Source: the human T2T-CHM13v2.0 reference genome, Homo sapiens
Strand: one strand, 5' to 3'
Length of the DNA: 64,000 bases
Assembly: GCF_009914755.1 (NCBI RefSeq)
Contig: NC_060947.1
Part shown: piece by piece, positions 10,491 to 24,139 of the stretch
Position numbering within the stretch: position 1 is the stretch's first letter
Layout of the letters: each line of letters opens with the position of its first letter
The notes under the pieces: generated by a model
What the model saw: the letters and a program-made list of their open reading frames with translations, nothing else
Databases searched by the model: none
Told to the model about the DNA's origin: nothing
Made by a program: the position numbers and the translations under genes

Positions 10491-12880
10491 CTTTCAGTTG
10501 AAAACCATAGAAGCAACACACGGGAGGGTAGAGGATTTATGCAACCATAACATTTACGATGGAATGAGGTGTGGTAGGTATCACAGCAACAAGCCATGTG
10601 ACATCATAACGATGAATACATCAGGGTGTTCATGCAATCACAGTCAGTGCAAAGCAACACAGCATGGAAGGGGGGAAAATTAAAAAGAGAAAAGGGGAAA
10701 GCCAATTATAGTTACCAATATGGAAAATGGAACCATTCTCAACATTTAGTAAGTTTTTGAGCAGAATCCCATTGTAGTTTACTCAAAAGGCTAAATTTTC
10801 AGAAGGGGCTATAATGAATGCATATGAAAACAAAAATCCAATGTTACAAGGGCTATCTATCTGAAGCTAGTTAAGCAGACAAGTAACTGGACTGCACATT
10901 CAAAATGGAATTAAGGAATCATAAATTGGAATTTAGGTTCACTGACTTATGGACATGAATGCCGTCACTAGATTTGCAGGTGCAAACAGGCAGTTATATG
11001 TATACTTACCTGATCTGCATGCAAAGACATGGTAGGTAGACTGGTTGGTATGTGGTAGGGGGGCAGATATGAAGAATACAGTGGACTATGCATGCAGGTT
11101 TTTAAGTACACCTCTGGCAAACTCCTGGGAAACTTTGGCCATTTATCAAACAAATACATGGAGTACTTCACAGTAAATCTTGTCTTCACAGCAACTATTA
11201 TAGCTACAATGGTTAGCAGCTGTGAAATCTCTTGCAGGATGTTTTATCTTTGCCTTTTCTAGTTTCTATCTCATTTAGAAAGCGTTTTGGGTGCTTTCTG
11301 ATGTCTAGCTCATTTCAGAAAGCAAACCAGGGAATTAATGTGTGAATGGCAATGTGTGAATGGCAAGCATGCATATGTAATAATTTATCATGTCTACATC
11401 AATTAAATTCAGATTTTCTGAAAGTCTAAAGAGAAAATGAATGGCCAGAGAAAAATTAACATGTGCAATGTCATAGAAACTGAAAATGTACCCCAAATGG
11501 TGATTAACAGAAACTCCATAGTTATCCCTTCCATTTATCTCTAGTTACCCATTACCCAGAGCCATCCCTGTTGTCTCATATGCCAATTCTAAAAACACTC
11601 TTGTTTTCCCTTTGGGAGTGCAGCAATTGTACAGGAAGCAGATCCACTAAAGAATGCAGTTTGCATTCCTAAGCAAAGCTCTGAAGGTGAAAGGACAAGA
11701 GAGCATCTTCAAGAAAACTGTCACAAAACATGAAGGCAAAGACACATTTCTCAAACTTGCAGAAGTCTGTTCTAATTGTACACATTATGATTCAAAGGTA
11801 TACATATTGTGCTCCTGTTGGTATTAATGGAAATGTTTATTAATTCCTACAGAAGACAGTCAAACCCTCAGTAACAGGGGCCTCACTTCCATTCCCAGGG
11901 TTCAGATCTCGCTATGTTAGTGAGTGCTGCTACTATGTGGTTGTCATTTTGAACTTTATTCTCAAGAAGCCTGTTAGTAGTGCTTTTGGGGCTCTGCATC
12001 TATTCTGGTCCACCAAGGTGACAAAGGTCAATTTGTTGCAAACTCTCAAAAGGGAGGGGATGGCCTGGATTGATGTGAGACGGTAGAGTGGGACGGGTTG
12101 GGATCATTTCTCCTTGCATAGAACAGAGCTATTTTCTCCTGGTCTGTTCCTTGTGCCCATGAGGACTGTAGGAGCTGTGAACTCCCCATTCCTTTCTCAT
12201 GCTCTTCAGTATTAGTGCTGTATAAAATGGTTTAGAGATGGCTATCATATTGTGTTAGTGGCTAACAAAAGGATCTGTGTGCAACTGCTTGTTAAAAATC
12301 ACGTAACACTCAAAGAGTCATTTTGAAATGATTCTGTTGTGCCTAGCTTCTGTGCCAATGGTGCTTCAGGCTAGAACACTACAGGATTCATTACAGAACA
12401 CTGCAGAATCCTCTGGCTTTGCTGAACTCATCCTCTCGCAACATAGGAACATTGAATGCTTTAAGTCCTATAGATAACTTTTTCAGGTGGGAATTGTTTC
12501 ATTGTACTTTACAAGTTATACATTTTAAGTATTTTACAATTTTTAAATAATACATGTTAAGCAAAGAACAAAACTGCCCAGTCTGGCTAGTTTCAAATAT
12601 TGTAAAAGAAACGATTTTTTAATATTTCAGTTGCTGTTGTTAGGGTAGAAATAGAGAAATGACAGGGCCAGTATTTGGCCACAGTGGCAACCAACTAGGA
12701 CTTGAGAAAGTAGGACTATTTTGATGCTACAAAGACATAAAACAGAAAGCACCATGTTAAACCTTAACATACTCAGAAAATTTCCAGCCACATCTTTCAG
12801 TCATTCATCTTTCATAGTCACAACAGAAAAACACATTTTTTCAGATTAGAAAATGTTGATAATTTTTGTAGAAAACCTAC

Positions 12881-12916
12881 CAATATTTGAAGCGGGTGCC
12901 ATGCACAGTATTGGCC
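12881..12916 (-). CDS. MBNL3: MBNL3 36-nt cassette exon
   Basis: gtgtacag|GGCCAA...ATATTG|gtaggt. Encodes (G)PILCMAPASNI(V), phase 1-1. Paralogous to the 36-nt MBNL1/2 exon GSILCMTPATSV. Confidence 0.93.
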
Positions 12917-14877
12917 CTGTACACCACGCAGAAAAGCGTGGAAAGTAAAAGAGATATTTGATTATTAAGGATTTACTGATAGAAATACATTTTAACAGAA
13001 AGATTATTTCTTTGCAATATCAATTACTCAGCACATGCAAGTCCAACAATCTCCCATGTTTACAATTACAGATTAGTTTTAAGGTCACAAACCCAGGTAA
13101 TCAAAATAATTCTTGGATTCTTAGGTACAAAATCAGCTATAATTTTTCTTTAAAAGAATTAACTCACTTAAATTACATATTTATTGTGGACAAATACATC
13201 CTAAATAATTTTTATAATAAGAGAATTTTAATTTATTACACATATCATTTTCTAAATATGCTCCAGAATCTCGTATCTGGTGTCCGTGTTTCTATTTAGA
13301 GTATTAATCTGTTAACACTGTCTCCTCCACTGTCTCATAGTCAATAGGACTTGACTATGAATATATGGCAAAGAGGTTCCATTAAGAGAGACCTCTTAGC
13401 TGGACAGGCTTTTATGTTGCTACTAATTAAGGGAAAGGGAATTTTTCTGACATTTTTGCTTATGAAACTAGATTTTATGTTGGCCAAATCTGGCAAAAAA
13501 TTCAAACTTGGAAACAAAGTAACTGTAGTATTAAGAAAAACTATGATGAACAGCATACATTTTATTATATTCAACCACCTTGACTAGACTTCCAGGGCTA
13601 CTGAATTCATTCCACAGCTATAATACAAATTGGAAGTAGCCAAGGTAGAGTGATCTAATGTGTAGGTAAATTACCACAATTTTTGAAGAAAAAAAATGCT
13701 AGGAATAAAGTCATGTCAACTCATACTGGTTTTCTCTTTTACTCTGTAGACATTATGTGTGTTTTTCTTAGGTTGGGAGAAAATATCTAAATTATTAGAT
13801 ATCAGTAGTTACTTATTATAAGGGATGTAAGAAAGTGCTGAAGAATTCCATATTTCCTCTCAGAAACTATCATATAAATGTATACAAATTGTATAATTTA
13901 AATGATGGCATGAAGGACTGCTGTGGCTAGTAACTAAAGACTGGTGTTTTATGGTACCTTTCAAAATTAATTAACTGATTAATTTACTAGTTAACCAATA
14001 AGTTTTCTCAAGTCTGGGTATTAACAAGGATTTCTAAATTATTTTTTAAAACATATGTTATTTTCATTTAAAAATAGTTTCCAATCTTGGGCATTTACCA
14101 TTGTGTCAAAAAAAAAAAAAATGGAAAAAAAAAACTGCTGTACTCTCAATGGTTAGAATTTTCAATTTATTCCTAAGAGACTATATGCTCATTCTTAAAC
14201 TACTAAACCACTGGAAGAAAATTAGTTTCCCCCCAATATATGATATCTAATTGAACAAATTTCTGGCTTAACATTTTCTGTTCAATTTCATGTAAAACAG
14301 GCTATTAAATATAGCTGAATGTAGGAGATAACAAAATATGCTGCAAAATGTCAGAAAATATAAACTGCTATGTATTTTATATTAACTGATTCAGGAGTTA
14401 CAGGCTAAAACTATCTGTTTAATCTATATTATACTATATTATGCACTTAGGGTAGTTTTATTTTAACTACCTTTGGCATATCAAAGACATATTGACAACG
14501 CATTTCCATAATATCGAAGCTGGGAGTTTTTGCCTTTTTATTTGACAGCACTCTACTGTCTGTGACAGTGATACCTAAGAGTCAAGGAATTAGTTTGAGA
14601 CTGAACCAAGTGAATTAATCATAAGCAAAAACCAACAAATGCTAAAAAGAAAAATGTTGATACTTTTTCCTAGTTTGATTTCAAACCATGAATTTTCATG
14701 AATTATAGAAAAACAAGTAGTTCTAGATACTAGCAGATAAGCATAACTTCCTTGTTTTATTTTTAATCAAAATACATGTCGACAGTCCTCCTATACAAGC
14801 TCTTTGAAAGCTGTTTTGCATTGTATACATTCACAACATCACCAAACTCGCTGCAGTGCCTAGAGCTGTGTTCTCAC

Positions 14878-15028
14878 CTGCAGGGATAAATGCCGGCTGT
14901 GGGAGCTGCAGGTTAGTCAGAGCCTGTTGGCAGTGGAAAACAGTGGGATTAAAGACCGGGGTGGCACCATTGGGCTTTTCCAGTGCTGATCTCTTTGGTA
15001 TCAGTTGCAGTGTACCAGGCTGCAGGGC
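14878..15028 (-). CDS. MBNL3: MBNL3 151-nt coding exon (KRSALEK motif)
   Basis: cccacag|GCCCTG...CTGCAG|gtgaga. Encodes [50 protein letters not shown](G), phase 0-1. Homologous to the KRPALEK exon of MBNL1/2. Confidence 0.95.
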
Positions 15029-15207
15029 CTGTGGGGGGAGAGATGGTACTAGTACTAGAGAAAGTAACAAATGTACTCAAACCAAGCAAGCACCAGTCAT
15101 ATAAGGTATTTCCTGGGAATCCTCCGTAAGGGTATGCATTGGGCAAGACACTGGATAAGCAGTGGCCCCACAGCAAGGTAACCAAATGTAGAGATAAGGG
15201 GGTTCAC

Positions 15208-15589
<382 letters not shown>

Positions 15590-18127
15590 TTAGACCTCAT
15601 TTGGGCAGGATATGACAGAAAGCTACTACAGTAAACAATCATTTATAATTAATATCTCAGGGATACTCATCTATGAATCTATAAAAATGAGATTAGCAGA
15701 AGCAACAGATATAGCAGGAAAGAGATTTCTGCCTGTTAAAACTCCAATACAGATCTAGGACATAAATGGCATATAGGTGATAAAACAGATGTTGGTAGAT
15801 CAGAGTCTGACACTGTCACCCCATAAAATAAAATCCAGTTTATACAAAGACTTCAGGTTCAAGTCCTATAATTATATATTTCCTAACTAACATGTAAGGA
15901 AAAAGCAAATGAATATTTCCTCCCCCACGACCTACCTCACGCAGGTACTATGTAGATAGTTAGCAAAATATATGCAGTTCTTATTTATAGAGGCTTGCTG
16001 TCCATTTCGGTATGTACCATTTGCTTTGTTAAGTTCTTGTAAGGTTTAATTCTAAAACCTATTAGCATTTTTAAACCATCCTTTCATGTCTACAGTTCTT
16101 TCAAAATCCCACTGTGCTTATAATACTCCGTGAAACTTGCCCCTGGATCAGATTCTTTGGAGAAGTTTAACATTACTTTACATTTTTTTTTTCTCAGCAA
16201 ATTGCACGTTACTTAAAAAACATGTCCCAGCAACAACAATTAGGTATGCTCCAAATTCTTAAGGAAACAGGAATGCTTGTGTTGAGTAACTATCCTACCA
16301 TGTGTCCAAAAGGGTAATGCCATGACCTCGTTCCTGTGGATAACAAAGGTCTCAAGGTATCTCTATTTTCTTTTGGGAACTCTACTGTCAGTGCACACAC
16401 TGTGACAGATCTGCTTTTCATTTCACCTAAATAAAGAAAAGCATGCTAGAAGAGTGAGATAAAATAAACTGAGTAGCTTTAGAGATATAAAATTTCCAAA
16501 TTTATCCCAGCAGACCAGATGGCAAAGGTCAGTACTAAAATCATAAACCATAAAACAAAATCTATCATTTCGAATGCCTTTTATTACCATTGGGAGAAAA
16601 TGGTTTTGCTGAACATTTTAACTAAGACAGAAGACCTACTTATCTGGTTGTTAAAAAGATTTCCCTTTGGTATAAACGGGGAGTGTCCCCTTCTCTCTCT
16701 TGAAAGTTGGCAGCATGGTATGATCATCAGAACCAGTTATGTTCCCTAGTAAACTACAAATTGGGGTGAAACCTAGATGAACATTCAACAGGTAGACGCT
16801 GGTAAGGTAGTACTGCTTGTTTATTTATGGCTGGGGTTTATCCTGATGGGTCAGTGCCCAGTTCCAATTGGGTGGTGATTGTACTATTAAACTCATAAAC
16901 CTGCCGAAGAGGTGTGAGACTGTGGATGAACTAAGTATCAACCCTTTATGTCTCTCTCTTTTTTTTTTTAAATACAAGCTGCTTTCTGTGAACTCAACCT
17001 GAGCTATATACATGAACAAGGTAAAAATGTCTCTTTTATAAAGCATGTCCACTATGAATCCTTAAAAATATAAAAAGCTTGAATTTCTTCATGAAGCCCT
17101 CCTTTATTTAATCTTACCTCTATCAAATTCTTATGAGCCAACTTGATCTCACTGCTAAGACCCTGCTGTGATCAGTTACTTAAAAGGGAATTTTATATTG
17201 ATATTCACAAGTAACAATTGAAGGCCTATGATATAATATTTAGCTCTCTACGTGGAAATTTGAGGCTGACTTGTAACCTATGCATTCTATCAAACACACT
17301 CAAATAATCAGAAATGGACAGATGCATATGAAGCTATTTTCATAGCTTATAATTACCCCTTCAAAAGCATTTAAGACAAAAAGAATTTGGTAAAGTCTTT
17401 TTTAACATTCATTAACAGATTATGTTGTTCAGATCAAGGGAGAAAGTAAGTTTGTTCTACTTTGGTGCTCAGATCCTTCACGATGTAATGAGTTCAGTTC
17501 TGACAAAAAGTGGAGCCAGTCCAAAAATGGTACTGTGTCCTTGAAACCATAAACTACCAGGAAAAGGGAGCAATTTGCAGTATTTGGCTTAGACAGGAGA
17601 CATGAGAGTCACTCTCACTTGGAATAGGGACTGACTTCTTTTGTGAAGTTCCAGTTGCAGCAAGATAAATTTCAACTCGGTATGAGGAAAACCTTCTTAA
17701 TAGGGATGTTTGAAAATAAGTGTCTCTCTGTTGTGAATAGGCAAAGTCTCTGTCATGGGAGTCCAAACTATGAATGTTTGTGAGGAGATTTAGCTCACAG
17801 TGCATCTCCTGGGCTTCAGGGTCATGTCAGTGCTTTTTCCACACCCAGGGAACATGAGGTTTCCTGTGGGTTTTGTCCTTTACTGGGGCTGTTATGCCTT
17901 ATTACACAAGGAAAGGTCCAGGGAGAAAAAGAAAGACATAGCAAGCAGCACATCAAAACAACGGACAGCTGTGGCAAACTTAAGTCACGAGAATTCCTGG
18001 TTCTCAGTGATCACACTGCAGTGTTACACAAATATTTTTCCTGCTTCCTACCTTTCAGTATTACTAAGCAGCACTAACTGTTCCCCCAAAACTGGCTTTC
18101 TACAGCAACTTAAAAGTCAGGACTCTG

Positions 18128-18509
18128 GGCTGCGCACGGTAGCTCATGCCTGTAATCCCAGCACTTTGGGAGGTTGAGGCAGGAGGATCACCTGAGATCA
18201 GAAGTTCAAGACCAGCCTGGCCAACATGGTGAAACCCGGCCTCTATAAAAACTACAAAAATTAGCCAGAAGCAGTGGTGCACGCCTCTAGTCCCAGCTAC
18301 TCAGGAGGCTAAGGCTAGAGAATTGCTTGAACCTGGGAGGCGGAGGTTACAGTGAGCTGAGATCACGCCACTGCACCCTAGCCTGGGCAACAGAGTGAGA
18401 CTCCATCTCAAAACAAACAACAACAACAAAAAACACACAACCACCCCCACAAAACAAAACAAAACAAAACAACAACAACAACAAAAAAAAAAAAAAAAAA
18501 AAAAAAACC
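18128..18509 (+). mobile_element. Alu (AluS-like) with expanded (AAAC/AAC)n + poly(A) tail
   Basis: Full dimer. 15-bp TSD AAAGTCAGG(A/C)CTCTG at 18113-18127 and 18510-18524. Confidence 0.95.
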
Positions 18510-19062
18510 AAAGTCAGGCCTCTGCTCCCAACCACGTAGAAATTTCCCCCCAGACTAAGCAGGCTGCTGTCCTTGATACTATGCCTCTAGAGAGGAAAAG
18601 TGGCCTTAACCTTTAGGAAATTACAACCTACTTAATACCCTATCTTTTAAGTGCTGTGTTTTTGAAAGGCATTAAGGATGTTAGTAGCAAAGGGCCCATG
18701 AAAGTGGCTCACAGAGCAGAGGCAACTTTCTGCCTCTCTAGGATATTGAGGGTAGTGAAACTATAAAAGCACTCAAAAATAACTTACTGTTTAAATTATA
18801 TAATTTACCCTTACTCTGAAAATGGGAGAAAGAGCACAGTAGGTTAAAAGCATTAGTAAGGCTTTTAAATAATTATCTTTAGAAAATCTTAGTAAATAAA
18901 GTAGAATAAATAGGTTCTTTCTTTTCCAGCTTATAACCTTGACTGTTCATATTAAGGTCCTCTCATGACCATCCATGAGTATGGTTACAGGATATTAGAC
19001 AAATTGAGGAATATACAAAGCATTTACTCTGAAACAGGCCACAAGTGCAGGCCTTTTCTTAC

Positions 19063-19299
19063 CATGGCAGAGGCAGCTGAATGGTTCATCTGATGATGAG
19101 CTGCCTTGAGTCTGGCTTGCAAGTGTGCAGGAGGATGAAAGTACTTGCATTTCTCCCGCGAGCATCGACCTTTGATGTAATCCATGCAGATTGTCACAGT
19201 ATTATCACTCGCTTCAATCATGGAAGCATCAGTAGGGTGAGCATAGCGGCAATCATTCTCCCCACGGGTACAATTTCCACGCTGAAATTCTCGGCAAAC
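19063..19299 (-). CDS. MBNL3: MBNL3 237-nt coding exon (CCCH ZnF3 and ZnF4)
   Basis: ttctaag|GTTTGC...GCCATG|gtaaga. Encodes [22 protein letters not shown]...[25 protein letters not shown]...SAM, phase 0-0. Confidence 0.97.
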
Positions 19300-20358
19300 C
19301 TTAGAACACACACATGCACATACACACGCATCACACTGATGACTGGAAGCTGACTGGCTTTTATTTATTTTGCTAGTGAATGTAACAGTAATTATATATA
19401 CATTGAATATATTATGTGTGAACAAATCTAAAAAGATAAAGAATAATGTAAAGCCATATTCACTATGAGATATAAACAGACAGAATTTCTATTCCCAGAA
19501 AAAAATTCTATTCTCCCCAAAAGGAGGTTGTCCTTACATTGAAATAAAAATGTTTAAAAAAGTATTACTGAAAACCAGTTTTAATTCTCCAGTTAATACA
19601 CAGCCTTAAGCATAATTAGTGTTTTTTTAAGTCCAAGATGAGTCTTTATCACACCATAATGCACTGGTTTTCCAAAGTCAACTTGTGAACCATAACTGAG
19701 TTATATGTACAATCAGATTATATTACAATACATTACTAGGCATTTAAGCGGCTGCAAATGGAGCTGACTTTGTAAGGAAAGACTAGTTATTTCAATGTAC
19801 AAAGAATAACAATAGAAGAATGAAGGACTTCAATAAATCAAAAAGCTGTTTGAAATTTCTTTCAGATTTTCTTTTCTTAGGCATCGGGGTTATTTACTGC
19901 CTAGCACATCACTCTCAAAATGGAGAAAAAAGTTGAGGCACTATGAGACTAATTTACCTTCTGTGTTCATATAGCTTTACATTCTGCAATCGTAGAGAGT
20001 TATATTGTCTACTTTTTTCCCACTTTGATTATTCTAGCAAGTAGAGACTCATTAACAAATATAGTAATCTGTTTCTGAAAGCTGGAGCCTAGGTAAAAGG
20101 AACATTCCCACAGAGGCTTCCTGTGCCATCGCACAGTCTATGGCTGGGTACACTTAACATATTGTTTGACCTACCATACAGGTGAATCAATGCACTTTAT
20201 AACAAGGTATGATTGCAGTACTAAAATGTTTAACAACCCTATAAGCTAAGAAATTTGGGTTCTCTTATTTAAAACAACACACTGGGCTCTGAGAATACTG
20301 CTTTATGTGTAAGGTTAATATCTATTCTACAGGTATTTATATATATGTTCACAAATAC

Positions 20359-20550
20359 CTCCAGTTTATCTGAACGCATCAGTTTTGGGCCAACAGCTCC
20401 TGGCATTGCAAGAGGTGGGTTTCCAGGAATCAGAACAGGTGTATTTGGTACAAGTTCTGCAGGAACGAGGCCCATCCCAGGATGTGGTATGTAAGGATTG
20501 AAAGCCATGGGAGGATTAGCTGGAATTGATGGAGTCATAGGAAAAGAACC
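20359..20550 (-). CDS. MBNL3: MBNL3 192-nt coding exon (Pro-rich linker)
   Basis: atacag|GGTTCT...CTGGAG|gtattt. Encodes GSFPMTPSIPANPPMAFNPY...GPKLMRSDKLE, phase 0-0, inside ORF 20269..20604. Confidence 0.96.
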
Positions 20551-21204
20551 CTGTATGTTTAAAAGAGAAAAAAAGATGTTAGAGGTAAAGATTCTTCCTG
20601 TCATTACACAAAGAGGTATTCTTTCAGAAACATCAAAATTACTTATGCCACATCAAAATTTACTATTGTTTTCTTCTGATTTATTTTTAGCCTCATACTA
20701 ATTCCCATAGAGGAGTTGCTTTTAAACCAACAAATCTCTTTACGTACTAACTTTATTGGTAAGCTCATAAAATAAGCCACATGATTTTAACAGTCATGAA
20801 TTATCCAAATTAAATCTCACTGCTAGTCTGTTCCAAATGTGTTTCCTCCAACTCTTTCTTTATTCCCTAAAAACCATGTCACCAATGACATTACACATAT
20901 GGACAATCTTCTTTGTTTCCTTACACAGGCATGGCCTTTGCATTCAGTCCCTTTCCTTCCTCTTTCCTCTTCACCATCAATACTGCTTGGCTGTAAGGCT
21001 GCCTGTCCTACCACAGGCCCCACCTGTACTACCAAATACTGGCTGTGCTTCTGTCTTCCTGGCCCACTGACAATTATGGAACACAGCAAGGAGTTGAGGA
21101 AGAAAGTGATAAATTAGAAAAAGTGAGTGCTTTAATATCTACCTAAAATGAGTTTAGTATGGTCCATTATATTTTGTTATTTTTTTAAATCAGAGGTCCT
21201 GTTT

Positions 21205-21417
21205 TTTAAATTTTTATGTGTACATAGTAGGTATCTATATTTATAGGGTACATGAGATATTTTGATACAGGCATACTGTGTGTAATAATCACATCAGGGT
21301 AAATGGAGTATCTATCACCTCAAGCATTTATCATTCCTTGGTGTCACAAACACTCTAATTATACTCTTTTAGTTATTTTTAAGTGTACAAGAAATTATTG
21401 TTTACTGTAGTCATCCT
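21205..21417 (-). mobile_element. 5'-truncated L1MA 3' end
   Basis: L1MA 3'UTR sequence (tacatgagatattttgatacaggcat...) bounded by a perfect 13-bp TSD AGAGGTCCTGTTT at 21192-21204 and 21418-21430. Confidence 0.85.
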
Positions 21418-24139
21418 AGAGGTCCTGTTTCACAAGCTAATCTGACTTGCCTAGCCTTGTCTTTATCCAGGGGGCCAGATGATATTCATAGTTCAAAAGA
21501 AGGCACTAGAAATGCTACAAGAATCCCTGTTAGGCAGGAAGAGATAAGATAACAGGATTATATGGTACACAAACTAGAGTAACTTGTAAAAAAAAAAAAA
21601 ACCTCAGAAATGCAAAAAGCTATTACTGCTTTTTCTATTTTCAAAGATCCTGGATTCAAAAAGTTTAATATGTGTATTTCCTTTATTATCTGTTGCCATA
21701 TTATTTATCACTTTGCTGTTTTCCAGTTTGTTCCACATGTGGGTATCTTTTCTTGTCAATGTGGTTTTATTCCTTTGATAGTTCTCATCTCCCCTATAGT
21801 ACCCAACACTTAGTGAATGACTGGTTGACAGATATACTCAATGATACATTTTAAAAGCTTAATGAATGAATAATAAATCATGACTAAATGTAGTATATTT
21901 CTAATAATGACTCTACAAGTTAGTTATTGTGAAACTGGTGGTGTCTCATTGTGTATTACTAATTGCATGTGTTCCTTCTTGCTTTATAAAATTTTTTCAC
22001 TTGAAAAAACCCCCGAATCTGTTGCATTTGCCAAACTGTGCCCATACCTGCTAAGTCACATTAATAGAAACAAGTCTAAATACAAATTGTGGAATATAAA
22101 GTGAAGGGCAATGTATACTCATTGCCTCACCCCCACACAGACTTGAAATTGTCACCCACACAGCATTCCAAGAAGACTCTGTTATAAACCATATTCAGCT
22201 TAGAAGGAAGCACTCCCCCATTAGCATTCTACCTTAGATGAGTTTATCAAATTAGCTGATTGGGACATTAGGAAGGGCAGAAAGAATCTGGCACCAAAAA
22301 ACTGGCAAGACTCACGAGGGTGAGTAGGAAAGACATGGTTGCCAAGAGCCTTAAGTGGAAAGGGAACGCCAGGTGCCAGGAAAGATGATGGTGTAGTCAG
22401 GAGAAGGACTCTAAAGTCTGGGGGCAAATAGCCAAGGGCTGACCCAGTCTAACTAGCTCTTATGATGTAATAGACTACAGGAATACGGGATACTTGTCAT
22501 GGAATGAGATGTGAAGCTCAGGAACTAGCTGATGTGACATGATTTTATATAATGAGAAGGAAATCTTCTGGAAACAGCCACCCAGGCATGCTTCCGCAAT
22601 AAGGCAGACTTTATCAATGTAATGATTCATAGTTGTCTCAAGATCACCAAGAATCTCTGATGAGAAAGAGTCCATTTTTGAAGCACACGATAGTGCTCTT
22701 CACTTGACTTTTCGTTGTCTCTGACTTTCCTGGTAAATTTCTCACTGAAGCCACCAGCCCATTCTCCTGCATACTTTTTGCTCTTGCCTTTTACAAAAAT
22801 GAGCAGGACCATTATTGTATCTATTAATTTTTGAACTGAAAGAAAGACCTGGAGGTGGGTGAATTTTCCAGATTAAAAAGTTATTAATCACTAATAAATG
22901 CTGATCAATCAACAATATTGAAGCCTAATGTATTTGAAAGCAATGCTTTCTGTTTATGGTAGCTTTTTACTTCTGTAATTTTTTTCTTTTCTTTTTTGAG
23001 GTGACTCACCAGGGAAATTCTCCTAGCTAAGTTCTGCTTTCTTTGGAATACTTTTAAACTTTCTTAGGTTTGTTATATGCTCCAAGTGTATGGAAAAAAA
23101 GGCTATAAATTAATGATTGGTCTACATATAAAATGTAAAGGGCTTACTGAAAGTATTTAGATTTTTCTAAGGTTTCACCACAAACTATGCTATCTTTAGA
23201 TCTTAAAATTAGTATCCTAGCTCTTATAACTATTTCCTCCTTGAGTATGAAATGCATTCTATAACACTGTTTATTGAGAAGAAGCAAGCTATCCCATTCT
23301 CAATACTGGGGCAGAGGCAGGAACTCCTGAGTGGCTTATTTATTTTCAGTTGGACATTTCTGTTTTCTCACCACCACCTCTGCCCCAGGGTAACTACTCC
23401 ATTTCATGAATTTGAACATTCAAGGGCTTAGCGTTGACTAACAGCCATGGGTTAAGTCAAGCAGCCTGCAAGCTCAGAAGCTCAGCTTTAATAAGCAACT
23501 TTAATCCTGTCTCTATATATATCTCAGCCCTTGATGTCAGTTGAGCTAACATGAACCTATCTGTGGGTTAATTTTTATTGTAAAGGAAAAGGTTTTAACT
23601 ATACTGACTCTGATTTATCTTTACAGCCTGAAATGGTCTGAACACTTAAATGTTTCAGATATTTAAATTCCAACCTAAATTATTTACTAAATACTTGAAA
23701 AGAGACGGCTGTCCCTCCCATAACCAGGTGTAAATTTTCATCTTTCTGAGTGTTGTCAACCAGCAAGAATGGTGGTGGCAACAGACTTTATGAATAAGAT
23801 CACCTGACAACTATTTATCCCCATGTCTCTAGCAGTATTAGCTCCTACAGTAGAAATTCCCATGAGTTCCCAGTGACTTGCAGATTGCTTAGGAACTATC
23901 AGACACTCAGGAAATGTGTCCTAAAAATTAACGAAATATCTAGACAACACTGGCTCCTAATCTTTTTTGAGTCCAGGACTTCTCCAAGAGTCAGATAAAG
24001 GCTGCAGACTCTGTCCACAGAAAAATTCATGTATGCAAAAAATGTTGCTTGTGATCTCAGCAAGTTCAAGGACCCCACGACACTCACCCCTGGTGTGGGG
24101 TTATGAACTACTTACTGGTTAAGAATCTCTGTTCTAGAG

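Noticed and set aside
11002-11012. ATACTTACCTG, the 5' end of U1 snRNA, as a U1 pseudogene
   Set aside because: The match stops after 11 nt (no GCAGGGGAGATACC); better read as a minus-strand donor site.
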